A stretch of 63,404 bases of DNA, counting the filler, from Conidiobolus incongruus B7586 (Eukaryota): the NCBI GenBank assembly GCA_000697335.1. It is 8 parts of 8 records of this genome, joined end to end, with 100 filler letters (N's around TTAATTAATTAA, not from the genome) between each part and the next. Parts side by side here need not be neighbours in the genome. Positions count along the whole stretch, not along the records: positions 1 to 3,831 come from JNEM01007407.1; positions 3,932 to 11,652 come from JNEM01007408.1; positions 11,753 to 17,990 come from JNEM01007412.1; 5 more parts are not named here. The stretch is one strand, 5' to 3'. This document shows positions 1-13,263 of this stretch, piece by piece. Made by a program: the position numbers and the translations under genes. The notes under the pieces are model-generated. The model was not told where the DNA came from. It did not search any database and worked only from the letters and a program-made list of their open reading frames with translations. How positions within the stretch are numbered: the first letter of the stretch is position 1; each line of letters begins with the position of its first letter.

Positions 1-817
1 ATGAAAATACTATATTATTGGTGTTTTATTAAAATTAATTATTAAATATTAAGTCAATAAGAATAATATCAATATATATTATATTAATATTTTTTCTATT
101 AATATATTATATATAATATGATTATATATTAGTTATTGGGTTTCTTTCTTATATGTGTGATCAGAAATTATAATTAAAATGATAAAAAAAAAGGTAAGTC
201 TATCCTTTATTCTATGTTTAATTTGACAAAAGACCCTCTTCCTCCCCTGTTTTTTTATCAATAAAGGTGAAATCAAATAATAACAGATAGCTTAGTGATT
301 GTGGGATCAGTTGAGATTGTTTGATTTGATGATAATAATGTAAGTGGTTGGCAATATTGCCAATATTAGTAATAGAATAATTCTCAATATATAAAAGTGT
401 ATATAAATATTAATATAAATATCTTGGTCATTATTTATTTTCTTTAATTATAATTATTTATAGTTGATAGATTATTCAAAATATCTATAAAATATAATAT
501 AATAAAGTTAAATTAAATATATATAGTTTTTAGTTAAAAATCTAAATTTTATCAAAATTTTTTTTATAAATTATTAATTTAAATTATTAAATATATATTT
601 ATTTAATTAAAAAAGCTTTATTATTTTTGATATAAAATACTAAGTATTATTTAAATATTAATAAATTAATTAGAATATAATTCTCTTTAGATATTTTCAA
701 TAGTATTATTATATTTTATAATAATTTATATAAATAAAAATAATTATTATAAAAGCAATTATAATATGATTTAATAAAAAATTTATTAATTTGGCTTTTT
801 AACCTATTTAGACTATA

Positions 818-2389
818 CATTAACCCACAAAAGTGAGTCATAAAATCAAAAACACCTATATTATTACTAATAACTTAATTAATATTTAATGAAATAAACC
901 TAAATTAAATAATTAAAATCTATTATATTTATTAGTTATATATATCATTAAATGATGATATTTAGCTATTAATTGGCTAAAATATAAACCCTTAAATTTT
1001 ACCTAAGGTGAGTTATAAATTTGCAGGTTTTTAGTGATAAAAAAAAATTAAAACCTAGTGTATCCACCTTTAGCTTTTCTAACTTCTTTAAGTCTGTGGG
1101 GTATAGAATCAACTAACTTCTTATACTAAGAAGGGTTAATCTTGTTCTATGCTTCTTGAACATATTCCTAAAGTTGATCTAAATTTTTTACTAGGGGGAA
1201 AGCTTTAATAGCTTTTTTTAACTAATCCTAAAGGTGTTCAATTAGATTAAAGTTAGGAGATTGAAGAGGTTACTTCATAACTATTATCTTATTATTTTTA
1301 AGCTATTTAGTAGCAGAAGCTATAGTATAGTAAGAGGCATTATCTTACTAGAAAATAACATCAGATTTGTTTAACCCATATTATTTAATGTTTTTTTTAA
1401 TTCATTGTTTAGAATACTTTAATATATCTCAGTATTAATTCCCTTATTAACTTTATAAAAATACCCTATACCTAAAGACAACATATATCCTTAAATAATA
1501 ATTGACCCACTACTATACTTTTGGGTAAAATTAACATGATGGTCACAAAGTAGTTTTGCATCTTTTCTGAAGCATCTAACTTTTTTATCAGATCCACTAA
1601 AATATATTTTTGTTTTATTAAACTAAATAACCTTACTCTAATCAGTTTCAGTTTAACATTAGTGGTAATATTCAAACTCCTGCCTAATTTTACAATGGGA
1701 TTTTTTTAGTTGGGGGTGTTTTTTCTTAAGATGTAAGTGGTATCTATACTAATATAAAGTATGTATAATAGTATCAGTGTTAACTAATATTCTTGTATAG
1801 TCTTATAGTTCCTGCTGTATTTCTACAGTAGTACCATATTTGCTTATATTAACCAACCTACAAATATACTTCTTATCATGTTTATCTATAATTTTAACAC
1901 ACTTAAGTTTAAGTTTAAATGTTTCTTTATTGTTATTTTTAACAGCTTTAACTACAGTAAACTAACTAACACTAGTAATTCTAACAATATCACAAGTTGA
2001 TTTACCTTTTTTATAAAGTTGATTAATGCATAAGTGGATTTTTTTAGAAAGGGATTTAAGTATAATGATACTAATAAAAAAAATTTAGTATATTTGTAAA
2101 ATATTATATAAAATAATAACAAAGAGAGAAAAAAGATATGGTTATATATTGTTAAATATATCCCCTTATCTCAAAAACCCATAAATTTATAACTCACCTT
2201 AGTTAAATATTAAGGGTTAATATTTTTGCTAATAGTTTACTAAATATATCTAAATATATTTATTTATTATTAAATAATATACCTTAATTATATATTATAG
2301 TTCTAAGTAATCTAATATATACAATTATTTTGGTTATTAATTAAAATATATATATTTTTGATTTTATGAATTATTTTTGCAGGTCAGTG
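818..2389 (-). mobile_element. Tc1-like (DD34E) DNA transposon, family A copy 1, full length, inactivated
   Basis: TA|CATTAACCCACAAAAGTGAGTCATAAAATCAAAAA at the left and TTTTTGATTTTATGAATTATTTTTGCAGGTCAGTG|TA at the right, giving TIRs and a TA duplication over 1572 bp. The minus strand carries stop-riddled remnants of the Tc1 motifs FQQDNA and WPPQSPDLNPIE. Colinear with the copies at 35548 and 61887. Confidence 0.93.
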
Positions 2390-2548
2390 TATATTATAAA
2401 ACTTATTATTAAGATATTATAGTATAATATCTAGAAAGACTTTATTATATTTATTAACTCTGGATTTAAAAGTTGATTTAATAAATAATATACTAACAAA
2501 GAAGATTCTTTTATTATAAATTTATAGAGCCAATATAAATTAATAATA

Positions 2549-3831
2549 TTACTTTGTATTTTTAAAAATAAAAGTTTTTTGTAATTAAAAATAAATAAAC
2601 ATTTTAATATATAATTTATAAAAATAAACATATAATATAAATTTAATAATTATTTTTATTATTAATAATTTCTTGCTATATTTTTAACAAACTTTTAATA
2701 TTTAAAAAATAGTTCTTTTTATTAAAGAGTAAAATTTAATATTATACAAATTAATTAAATTTTTTTTCAAAAATCTTTTTTTCCTGTAAGCTAGTTTTTT
2801 AATTATTTTAAGCAATTATAATCATATAGGTAATAATCTAAAAAATATACTAGATATGATAGTTTTTTCTAGTTATTTTTAATTAATAGATTATTTATAG
2901 CTTTAAATTTATATAATATATAATTATTATATAGAATAGTAAATCTTTTCAAATTATATTAAAAACTCTAATTAAAAATATTTTTATTTTAAAAAAGAAT
3001 ATAATGTTTACTATTAATTAATTTTCCATCAAGAATTAAATAAAAATAATATATATTATTAAAATCTATTATAATAATTAATATTCACTTATTAATATAA
3101 TACTTATTTATAAGAATTTATAAAAGGGGTTAATTTAACTTAATCTAATATCTTGATTTATGTTTTAATAAAGGATTATATATAAACACCTAAATTTCAT
3201 CAATTATAATTATTTACTATAAAATATAAGCTTTTAGTAATATTTTAATAAGCCTTTTTTAATAATAGCTATTTTAATACTTTTCAAGTTTTAATTAAAT
3301 TATAAGGTATTTATTTTATATTTTTATTTATTAATTTGAGTTTAAACTTTAATATATATAAAATATTTATAGAACTAATATTAAAATGCTTAAATAATTA
3401 TTTAACTAAATTAAAAAATATTTTTTAATATATTTTTTTATTTTATTAAAAATTAAAAGAATAATAATTAAAATTAATATTTTAAATTTTAATAAGCATT
3501 AAATAACTTTTTTTTAGCTTTAAAATGATTTACCTAGTGATAAAATGTTGATTTAGATAATATATCATTACCAAAAGCTACTTGTAAATTTTAAATAGAT
3601 TTAAAAGATTTATGGTTAAGTCTTATTAATATTAAAATAAAAAACTTTTGATAATTACTATTTGGTTTAAGCAAGATTAAATTAAACAACCAATTTTAAA
3701 AAGTTAATTTTTTAATCAAAAAAATTATTATATATTTATTTTCAAAATATATAGTTTTTTATTAACTTTATATATATTTATTTATCTCAAATTAATAATA
3801 TGTTTGAAAAATTAAAGATTAAAAAATTTCC
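2549..3831 (-). mobile_element. mariner-like (DD34D) DNA transposon, family C, degenerate copy cut by the contig end
   Basis: Begins TA|TTACTTTGTATTTTTAA, matching the TIR of the 53859-55143 copy, and is colinear with it in reverse orientation. Stops at the N-linker within its other end. Confidence 0.88.
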
Positions 3832-3931
3832 NNNNNNNNNNNNNNNNNNNNNNNNNNNNNNNNNNNNNNNNNNNNTTAATTAATTAANNNNNNNNNNNNN
3901 NNNNNNNNNNNNNNNNNNNNNNNNNNNNNNN
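3832..3931. other. artificial contig-joining linker
   Basis: 44 N + TTAATTAATTAA (stop codons in all six frames) + 44 N. The same 100-bp block occurs seven times. Confidence 0.97.
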
Positions 3932-5228
3932 AAAAAATTAAAAAAATTAGAAATTTTTTAATTTCTGATTTTTCAAATATATTATTAGTTTGAAATAAAA
4001 AAACTTATACAAAACAAATAAGAAAATAAATAATTTTAAATTATATATATATATAATATTTTTTTGATTAAAAATATAATTTTTTAAAATTAATTGGTTA
4101 ATTTAATTATATTTAAACTAATTATTAACCATCAAAAGTTTTTTATTTTAATATTAGTATAACTTAACCACAAACCCTGTAAAATCATTTAAAATTTACA
4201 AATAGCTTTTAGTAATGAAATATTAATTAAATTAACAATTTATTACTAGGTACATTACTTTAAAGTTAAGAGAGAAACTACCTAAATCTTATTAAAATCT
4301 CAAAATTTAATTTTAATTATTACTCTTCTAATTATTAATAAAATAAAAAATTATATTAAAAAACATCTTTTTATTTCAACTAAAGAATTATCAAGACACT
4401 TTAATATTAGTTATATAAGTATTTTATATATATTAAATTTAAATTAAAATTAATTAATAAAAATATAAATTAAATATCTTATAATTTAACCAAAGCTTAA
4501 AAAAAAGCTAGAATAGCTATTGCTAAACAAAACTTATTAAGGTATAGCTAAAAACCAATGTTTTTACAAAAAATTATTATAATTGATGAATCTTATATTT
4601 TTTATATAATCCTTTGTTAAAATATAGAATAAAATGTTAGATTAAGTTAAATCAACTTTTTTTATAAATTCCTTAAAATAAATATTTTATTGATAAGCAA
4701 ATATTAATTATTATAATAAATTATAATAACATATACTATTTTTATTTAATTCTTAAAAAAAATCAAAAAATAATAAACTTTATAATTCTTTTTTAAATAA
4801 AGCTATCTCTAATTGGCATTCTAAATATAATATAAAAAAACATATTATTTTGCATGATAATTATAAAATATATAAATTTAAAGTTGTAAAAAACTTTCTA
4901 ATTAAAAATAACTGGAAAGAACTATTATATCTAGTATATTCTTTATTTTATAACCTATATAATTATAATTGATTTAAGCAATTAAAAAACTAGCTTGTAG
5001 GATAGAAAATTTCTACAGGAAAATTTAATTAGTTTATAAAATATCAAATTTCAGTTTTTAATAAAAAGAATTGTTTTTTAGGTATTAGATCTTTGCTAAA
5101 AGTATAGCAAAAATTTATTAGAAATAAAGCAAATTATTAATTTTATATTATATATTTTTTACTTTTAATATATTAATATTTTTATTTATTTTAATTATAA
5201 AATTCCTATTATTTAAATTACAAAGTAA
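3932..5228 (+). mobile_element. mariner-like family C, degenerate near-full-length copy
   Basis: Remnant motifs IIIDES (~4572) and LHDN (~4850). Ends ...ATTACAAAGTAA|TA. Colinear with 53859-55143. Confidence 0.88.
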
Positions 5229-5304
5229 TAATATTAGCTTAATTATCAAATCAAAATGGATAATTAATTTTAAAATATAATAATAACTTTAATTATAGGA
5301 GGAA

Positions 5305-5704
5305 AATAGACTCTTAAAGTTTGAATAGGGGATCACCAATGGTAAATAATAAGTTGCCACAAAGTTAAATGAAAATAATAGGATTTACCAAAGAGGTGAA
5401 AATAGCTCATTTTGAATAAATTAAATATCTCATACTTATCACAATTTAATACTTTTGTGAGAGTTACAAAAAAAACTTAGAAACTGGATAATTTTGAAAA
5501 AAAGATAAAAAAAATATATTTCTTAGCTTGTTTATGATAAACTTATATTAGCTTTCATTGTTGATTCTTATGAATAGGAATGACTCAATGATAGAAAGAA
5601 AAATAATCACACAGTTCAGGAAAAAAGTGTTTTTGATTGTGACTACTTGATTCAGTGTAATATTTGCAGTTCCTTGAGTGATTGACAAAATTATTGCCTA
5701 TCAT
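5305..5704. repeat. unclassified dispersed ~400-bp repeat, copy 1 (CpG-free)
   Basis: Colinear with 25586-25997: shared blocks TGGTAAA, ACCAAAG, GGTGAAAAT, TTTGAATAAA, AAATATCTCA, ACTTTTGTGAG, AAAAACTTAGA, CTTATATTAG, CATTGTTGATT, TTGAGT.ATTGACA. Confidence 0.8.
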
Positions 5705-8083
5705 AAAATATATTAAGCTTTATTTTATGTAAATTATTTAAAATTATTTATGTATTGAATTATTTTATTAAAAATTTTCATAATTGAATAAAATTAATAT
5801 TATGGAAAATTATATCATTAAAATATATATTCAAGTAATGATATATAAAAACTAAGCTAAAACAAGTTAATATATTTATCTGATTGATCTAATTTTATTT
5901 ACAGAAATTTATAGTGATTATATTAATATTTATCAATATATCGAAATTAGTCAAAAAGTATTAATTTATATTAATAATTTTTTTTGTAACTTGAAAATTT
6001 AAATGAATATAATACTGGGATTAAACTTGAATTGGGCTTAAAAAATACTTTACTAACTATAATGTATATACTAGGCTTTATTAAATAGATATTAAATTCC
6101 ATATAAACACATCTATAAACCATATTGCTTGCAATAACTTTTTCGCTAGACTTCGAGACTTTTATTAGAAATTGTTCATTTATTATATTCTCATTATTAT
6201 TTTATTTTCATTATAAATCAAATATACCTATAAAGTTACTATTTTCCTAATATGATTGTATAATATTTTGATTAGAGATATTGAAGTTTATTTTAATTGT
6301 AAATTGACTTTGATAAAAAAAATCATTTTTTTAAAATATAAATTAATAATAATAACTACTCTTATTTTAGCAACAATAATAAATTTATCAAATTAATTCA
6401 TTCACATTTGACAGCAATTAGCAACAAAATATTATAGAATATAATCAATTGTCAAAATTTAAAAAAAATTAAATTGGGGATATTAAAAATAGCCTTAATA
6501 ATAAATTAATATTTTTACATATATATAATAATAATAATGATAATTTCCTATTTATGTATAATCAATAATCTCAGTGAAATTTTTATCTGAATGAAAATGA
6601 TAATATCACCTTATTTCCAATATGATTGTCACATTAATATTTAGGATTTGGATTTCATATGATATTGAACTATTAAAGATCAGTAATATTTCTCTAAACG
6701 TGAGTTGAAATTAAAATAAAAGATCAATATAAAGTTTAATTTATTCATTATAAAATTTATATAATTAAAATCATTTAAAGTTCAATTAACATTTCGAAAT
6801 ATTTTATATTAGTATAGATAATAAAGATTAAAAATATTTTTGAAAATATAATTCATTTACAAGATAACTTACTAAGATTAATGAATAATTAGTTGTAATT
6901 GTTAGAATTCAACTGTAATAATAAAAATAATTAACTTTATAATCAGTAAAAATTAATATTTTCTCAATTTTTTGCATAACATTACAATAAACAAAATTGA
7001 AGGGTGAATTGAAATTATTTAAACGATTTGAAAATGAAATATTGATAATTGTTAGAATAATTTAGATTTTATTCATTAATATAATAAGTAGAATTGGTAT
7101 AGATATAATATCAAAGTACTTAATAATATTAATTTATCTCTTTAAATTCTCTAATACGGAATATCAGCTAATTGAATCATTTTTTATCATAAATATTTTT
7201 TGAATAGATTTATTTTAGTTCCTCTACTGTATTAAATCATATGCTATAAATCTCTAAATAAATAAGATGAAAAATTAAAATAATAATTTAGAAATTATAA
7301 TTTACAATGATATAGTGAAAAAGAAAGCTTTTATAATAAAGTATAAGTGAAAATATAAATTTGAATTATATTATTAATCAAGTTTTCTAAATCTTACCAT
7401 ATGAATTTTAAATCATCAATAATTAAGCTTTGAATAAAATTGATAAAAATTTTTTGACCTCTCATATCTATATTCTTATAATTATAACTGATAAAATGAC
7501 AAGAGAATAATAAATTGTGATTAAGCAGAATGTGTTTGAATTAGTTGTAACCATTTTGAATTGTTTTATTTATTACTCATAAATTAATTAAACTTCACCT
7601 CTTTTTGATTTTAAATATTTATATTTTTGTGTTATTGTTCATATTTGTGAGTAATCTAAGTTACCCAATATCATGAATTCAATTATTAGTTGTTCCGAAT
7701 TAATTAAAGGGTTGAATAGTGTTGCATCACTAAAGGAGTGGTTAAAGAATAGATTCATACGAAGAAACAAAAAAGATGTTTGAACTATATTTATTTGAAG
7801 AGTTAATTTATTTCATTAAGCAATTTGGGAATAATTCATAATTTGTTATATTTTATAAGGTTAGTATTTTTTTAGTGGTTTGAGTGCAGTTAATAAATAT
7901 TGAACAATAGTTGATATAATATAAATGAAAAGATGAAAATGTGTTGGAAATAGTCTAATAACGTGGGTAATCCATTCGGGCAGAAAGCATCAAAGGTTAA
8001 TAGGATATTTAGTTTCAGTTGTTCGGATTATTTAATATACAATGGATAGATAAGGTTTGCTGGATAAATTTTAAATGCCAAAG

Positions 8084-9508
8084 TTAGAGTGAAGTACTCT
8101 GGGGAGAAACGATAGCAACAAGGACTGTAATATCATCCATCTTGCCCCCATAGTGAACTTTGCCCATCTCGGAACATTTTTGGCTGAATGGGCTCTTGGC
8201 ACTAGTGTTTCTATTATAGCTAACTTGCTTGGCTCTTTGGGCCAGTGTCATACTAAGTCTCTGAGGGTCGAGCATTGTAGTTGAGTTAGGGAGAGCAGTG
8301 CTCTGGAGTGAAAATTTCCCAACTGTTGTTGAAAGGTCAGAATCAAAAGTCTTACAATCAGCAAGTGTAGAAACTGGCATCCAGCGGTTCACCTCTTCAA
8401 GAATTTCTTCATCAAATAGGTTATCGAATAGCCCATCGCTAGCAACAAGAATTACATCGTAAGGTCTAACTTTGCAATGGAGAGATTGAGCATCTTCAGG
8501 CATATCTTTTGAATTTGTACCAAGTTGATATGGATGATTAAAAGAATGTTGTTGTTCTTCTGTACGGAAATATATTTTTCCATCTCTGAATACCATCACA
8601 CCACAATCTCCAAGGTTAGCAATGCTTAGTACATCGTGTCGTAGCATTACGAGACAAGCAGTGGTTGAGCCCTGAATGGAGCGATATTTAGCTTCTTCTT
8701 GAGTTTTGATATATGATTTGGTGAGAATTTGAACAGGATCCATTGTCTGATAAAGAACTTGAGTTGAGCTCAATTGATGTGGATCATTGAAAGAAGTGGA
8801 TGAGAAAGGTGAGGTTAGAGATGATTCTTGTAACCCTGATAATATTTCATCATATTTGGATAACTCCTGACAAGCGTGATGAAGTAATATTCTAGAGAAA
8901 AAAGCTGAACTAGAACCTTTGACCTTAGCCCAACCACCAACACCATCAGCTATACCTAAAGAATCAAACCTTGTGAAGTAAGCATCTTCTCCGCAGCCTG
9001 AGCTAAGTAATTCTCCGAACGCTGGTTGAGTTACAGGATTTGGACGAATCTTAGGAAAGGCCGTAACACCAAAGTTAAAATGATATTTTTGCTGAAATGA
9101 AGTAAAGTCATGTTGTGGTAATGTCCATTCATTCACTATAGGAATAACAGTATCAAAAGCATTAACTGGTTGGTTGAGTAATGAAATATCATATCTAGAA
9201 AATAAACCAGGGGCACCGAGTGAATCCTCGGGACCGTTACTTCCTGTTTCACCATCATTTAGGGGAGAACTAAGGAGAGTAAGTTTAGGTTTAGGAACAA
9301 AAAAAGAATTAGAACTACGCCCGGCGGTAGGAGAAGAATCTGGTGGTTGATAATTAGGAATAGAAATTTCCTGAGCAATATTTATATTATACGGCACTTG
9401 TGTTAGGCCGCGATTCAAAGGAGGTGAATGACGAAATGAAGCGCGGTACCTAGCAGAATGTGTCAAGTGAGGTTTTAATGCATTTGTAAGCTTGTATAGA
9501 CGGTGCAT
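8084..9508 (-). CDS. PTC7: PTC7/Azr1-type protein phosphatase 2C, probably mitochondrial, 474 aa, intronless
   Basis: PP2C/PTC7 motifs GEDAYF, GIADGVGGW, GSTTA, ANLGDCG, QQHSFNHPYQLG, ASDGLFDN, GGKMDDITV. The basic, Ser/Arg-rich N-terminus resembles a mitochondrial presequence. Confidence 0.93.
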   Translation of the reverse strand: MHRLYKLTNALKPHLTHSARYRASFRHSPPLNRGLTQVPYNINIAQEISIPNYQPPDSSPTAGRSSNSFFVPKPKLTLLSSPLNDGETGSNGPEDSLGAPGLFSRYDISLLNQPVNAFDTVIPIVNEWTLPQHDFTSFQQKYHFNFGVTAFPKIRPNPVTQPAFGELLSSGCGEDAYFTRFDSLGIADGVGGWAKVKGSSSAFFSRILLHHACQELSKYDEILSGLQESSLTSPFSSTSFNDPHQLSSTQVLYQTMDPVQILTKSYIKTQEEAKYRSIQGSTTACLVMLRHDVLSIANLGDCGVMVFRDGKIYFRTEEQQHSFNHPYQLGTNSKDMPEDAQSLHCKVRPYDVILVASDGLFDNLFDEEILEEVNRWMPVSTLADCKTFDSDLSTTVGKFSLQSTALPNSTTMLDPQRLSMTLAQRAKQVSYNRNTSAKSPFSQKCSEMGKVHYGGKMDDITVLVAIVSPQSTSL

Positions 9509-9797
9509 TTCAGTTGAATAGATAAAACTAGAAAAACTGGAAATTTGTTCACGCTATACACAAATTAATTTAGTTAATTTGACAAGATAAATCAGTGTGT
9601 TGATAGTTTAACAAAATTTGATAATATTTTAATTTAATGCTGGTTTAAAATAGTCGCTAAACCAACTCATATTTCTTTGACTTTCATTGAAATTTCTTCC
9701 CAAACCTTAACAATTCAAGCCAAATCAATTTATGGGATTTGGAAAATTCCTTTGTGGATGTGATAGAATGTAAGAAGATGTATGCAAATAAAACTTG

Positions 9798-9986
9798 TCC
9801 AATCTATTGTTTTATTATGATTGGTTAAATTCATAATATATACCAATTGAAAAAATAATTCAACCTGCATGGAAATGTTGTTCGATGAAATAAGTGGAGA
9901 TTTATGAAATCGTTTCTCTATTGGATATCCTTGAATAAATTGCTTGAATTAGGCTTAGATTGATCAGCCTTCACTCGGTATAAATC
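9798..9986. promoter_or_regulatory. putative promoter region upstream of PTC7, possibly bidirectional
   Basis: Cluster of CCAAT/ATTGG boxes (~9799, ~9820, ~9843, ~9920) and a + strand TATAAA at ~9979 in a locally GC-richer, CpG-containing patch. Confidence 0.35.
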
Positions 9987-11652
9987 GGCGTTTTCACCCA
10001 CCCTCTCCAACAATTGATATTGAGACTTCTTGTTGTATTCATTATAAACATTGATCTGTATTTCCAAATTAAAGTAAGTTCATTTATTTCTCTCAAGGCC
10101 ATGTTATTTTTAATGGGAGCAGTCATGTCTGTTTTTTGAAATACAATATATTCTCACATTAAATTGAAAATTATGTGAAATTCAAAGATATTCTTTCATT
10201 AATTCATAAATCCAATTGTTATCCTAATTTAAATTTGCTCCATTCATCCAACCTATCACTCAATCGTCCAATCTGGAAAATGCTATTCACTGACAATTTA
10301 CAGTTAAATAAATTTAGTATAATTCAATGTTTGAAATTGATAAAAATATAACCTTAACCAATTTAGAAATTGTTGGATTGAGATTGACATATTTTAACTT
10401 GTTACTTTGTAATATAGGTTAAGCATCAAAAATCTATTATAAATATATAAAAAATAATGATGAGATATTAAAGATTGAATAACTATATAAGTAATAATGT
10501 TAATGAATATGCAATTCTAAAATATATGAATAATGAAAAATATTAAGATTGAACATGTGATGATACTTATTCTAGTTGCTGATTTCAGCTAAATTCATTA
10601 AAAAAAATTTTCCAATAATAATTTTAACTATTCTTGGAATTTTAACTAGTACTGAGTATACTTGTGAATATTTAATTTAAGCCAAGATAAACTATTATTT
10701 GAAATGACGATACTTCGAGATCATTTATAATAATAATTAGTTCTAAACATAGCACTAAATATATCATCAATATCTTTAATTAAATTCAAATATTTCTGAT
10801 TATATCTTTTCAAAAAATATGAATTGGAATCTTGTCAAGCAAACTTAGATATTTTAATTGAACTGGAAAGGTTAAAATCATATAAATTCAAAGCGAATTC
10901 TTGCTTTAGCTACTTTATAATATCATATCTTATTCAAAGGAATACAATTGGATGAAAAAAATAGCTATTAAAAATATTACCAGTATTAAAAAAACTTGCA
11001 ATTATAAGTTAAATTCAAAACATATACTCGCTAGTTTTCAAATTATTCATATTTTTAATTTATATTCAAAAATAAATAAAATATTAAATAACATTTATTA
11101 AAAAACCAATAAAAATATCTTATAATACACTATTATAAATAATAAAAACTCATTATAGTGTTAATAAATTTAATATCCTTCAATTTTATATAATAAATTA
11201 CTTTTATTTATGAATTTTACCATGATATCAAATATTATAATTCAAAACAATTATTTATAATATTAAAGAAAAACTATTTAATTAGACTTAATAAAAAGAG
11301 AAAATAGCCTAAAACCCAAAAAATAAACTAACAATTATAAAAAAAATATTAAATATTAATAAAAAATATTTTTTGAATTTAGAATGAAATAATGTTATAA
11401 TTAAGTTATACAAGATAAAAATTTATAAAATTAATATTATATTTATTCTCAAATGGTTTATATATGTTATAATTTTTATAGCTCAATATTAAATAATTTT
11501 AATTGAATTTTCAAAAATCATAATTTATTATATTAAATATATGGTCTTTATAAAATTTTCTGAATAATTGAAAATTTTATGATCTTAATGTTTTTTTATT
11601 TTTAATAGTAAATTTTAACAATAAATATCAATTGAATATTTTTATTTAATTT

Positions 11653-11752
11653 NNNNNNNNNNNNNNNNNNNNNNNNNNNNNNNNNNNNNNNNNNNNTTAA
11701 TTAATTAANNNNNNNNNNNNNNNNNNNNNNNNNNNNNNNNNNNNNNNNNNNN
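11653..11752. other. artificial contig-joining linker
   Basis: N44-TTAATTAATTAA-N44. Confidence 0.97.
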
Positions 11753-13263
11753 AATTAATATATAATATTAATAATTAATGATATTTAATATTGTATATTC
11801 ATTATAGTTAGTAAAATTAATGTATTTAATTTTTTAAATATTAAATGCAAGTAAGTAGCTTACCATTAAAATATCATTAATTATTAAAAATAATCTATTA
11901 TAATTCTATTAATAAAATTATTTTATTAATTATAAATTATTAAAATCTTATTTTTATTAAATTAAAAAAAATTATTAAAAATGAATTATTTTTGTCTAAT
12001 CAATAATAATAAATTAAAATTAATATAGTTTAATCATTTTAAAATAGTAAATTAATACTTTTTAAAATACTTTTATATAAATATTTAGATTTACTCTCTG
12101 TTTAAGTTAAAGCGTTAGACTTGAGTCTATAATATTGGAATATTAATTAGTAATACGATTATAAAATGGTTTATTAATTCATATAATTTCATCACTTCAA
12201 TTGTATTACTTATAAGTTTTTATATTAATTATTAAAACAGTAAAGAAAAACTTAAAATAAAATATTTATGATTTTTTCTTCTAATATTTTGTATTATTAA
12301 TATTATATTTAGTATTGATAATTAAATTTTGAATTTGATTTAATGCAAAGAGTATAAAGGATAATGAATTTTGAAGTCAATGTTCAATATACTAAAAATA
12401 TATTGTTTTTTATAAACGATATGGATGAAACGCATTTATGGAAAATTAAAAACAATATTATATTATAATAAATATGATTAGGGTATATGGGATATAGTTA
12501 TTATAATATAGTTGAAAGAAATCAAACTTCAAAATCTCATTATACAGTATTTATTCTAATTTTCTTCTATTTTTCATAGATTAACATTACTGTTATCTTT
12601 CCAATTTCCTAAAAAAAATTAAAAATATAGAATATATTAATTATAATTATCATTATAAGTAATATATTTGAAACATTGGTAATAAATTATAATATTTATA
12701 AATTTACATTGGAAAATAGTAAAAAATATTTAATGTACTCTACCTTTCAATTAATAGTTAATAGAATGTTTAATGTTTCACCTATACAAAAATATATTTT
12801 AAAAGAAAATACTTTAACAATATGAATTTAAGGTAAAATCTAGAGTGATTTGAAAATAATTTGTTAATATAAATTGAATAGAATTGGATCATAGTATAAA
12901 TTGATCATATTTTAAACCCGATTCAATTAATCTGAAAAGTGTGAAAGGTGTCAAAATTTGAATCAATTCTTATTTGATACACCAAAATAAGCGCCAGAGC
13001 CAATAATGAGATAATAATATATTATATTCATTTTTATTTGATATAATTTTAAATTGATTCAATTTAGAATTGGTTTCACTATGAATAAAATTAAGCGACA
13101 ATGATACAAATTAAATGATCTGAATCTCAATTTAGCTAAGAGATTACAATATTCTTATCAAGGCGTCTTAGATTCTAAATCAATTTTAAATTTCTGTTTA
13201 AAATGTATTAATATAAATAGTGTTATGGATAGTGATTGTTGAATTGATTATTTTATAATCATT

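Noticed and set aside
1472..1675. Short ORFs inside repeats (also 2431-2631, 46656-46895, 47945-48280, 48780-48968, 54219-54404, 62488-62715) as independent genes
   Set aside because: They are stop-bounded fragments or off-frame reads of mutated transposase and pol genes.
3876..3887. Recurrent palindrome TTAATTAATTAA as a biological repeat or CRISPR-like array
   Set aside because: Always centred in exactly 88 Ns; it is a six-frame stop linker added during assembly.
10950..11650. Possible further eroded mariner copy
   Set aside because: Similarity too weak to separate from AT-rich background.
12105..12135. tRNA-Ser-like stretch GTTAAAGCGTTAGACTTGAGTCTA
   Set aside because: Only a D-arm/anticodon-like hairpin with a short loop; no T-arm or acceptor stem.
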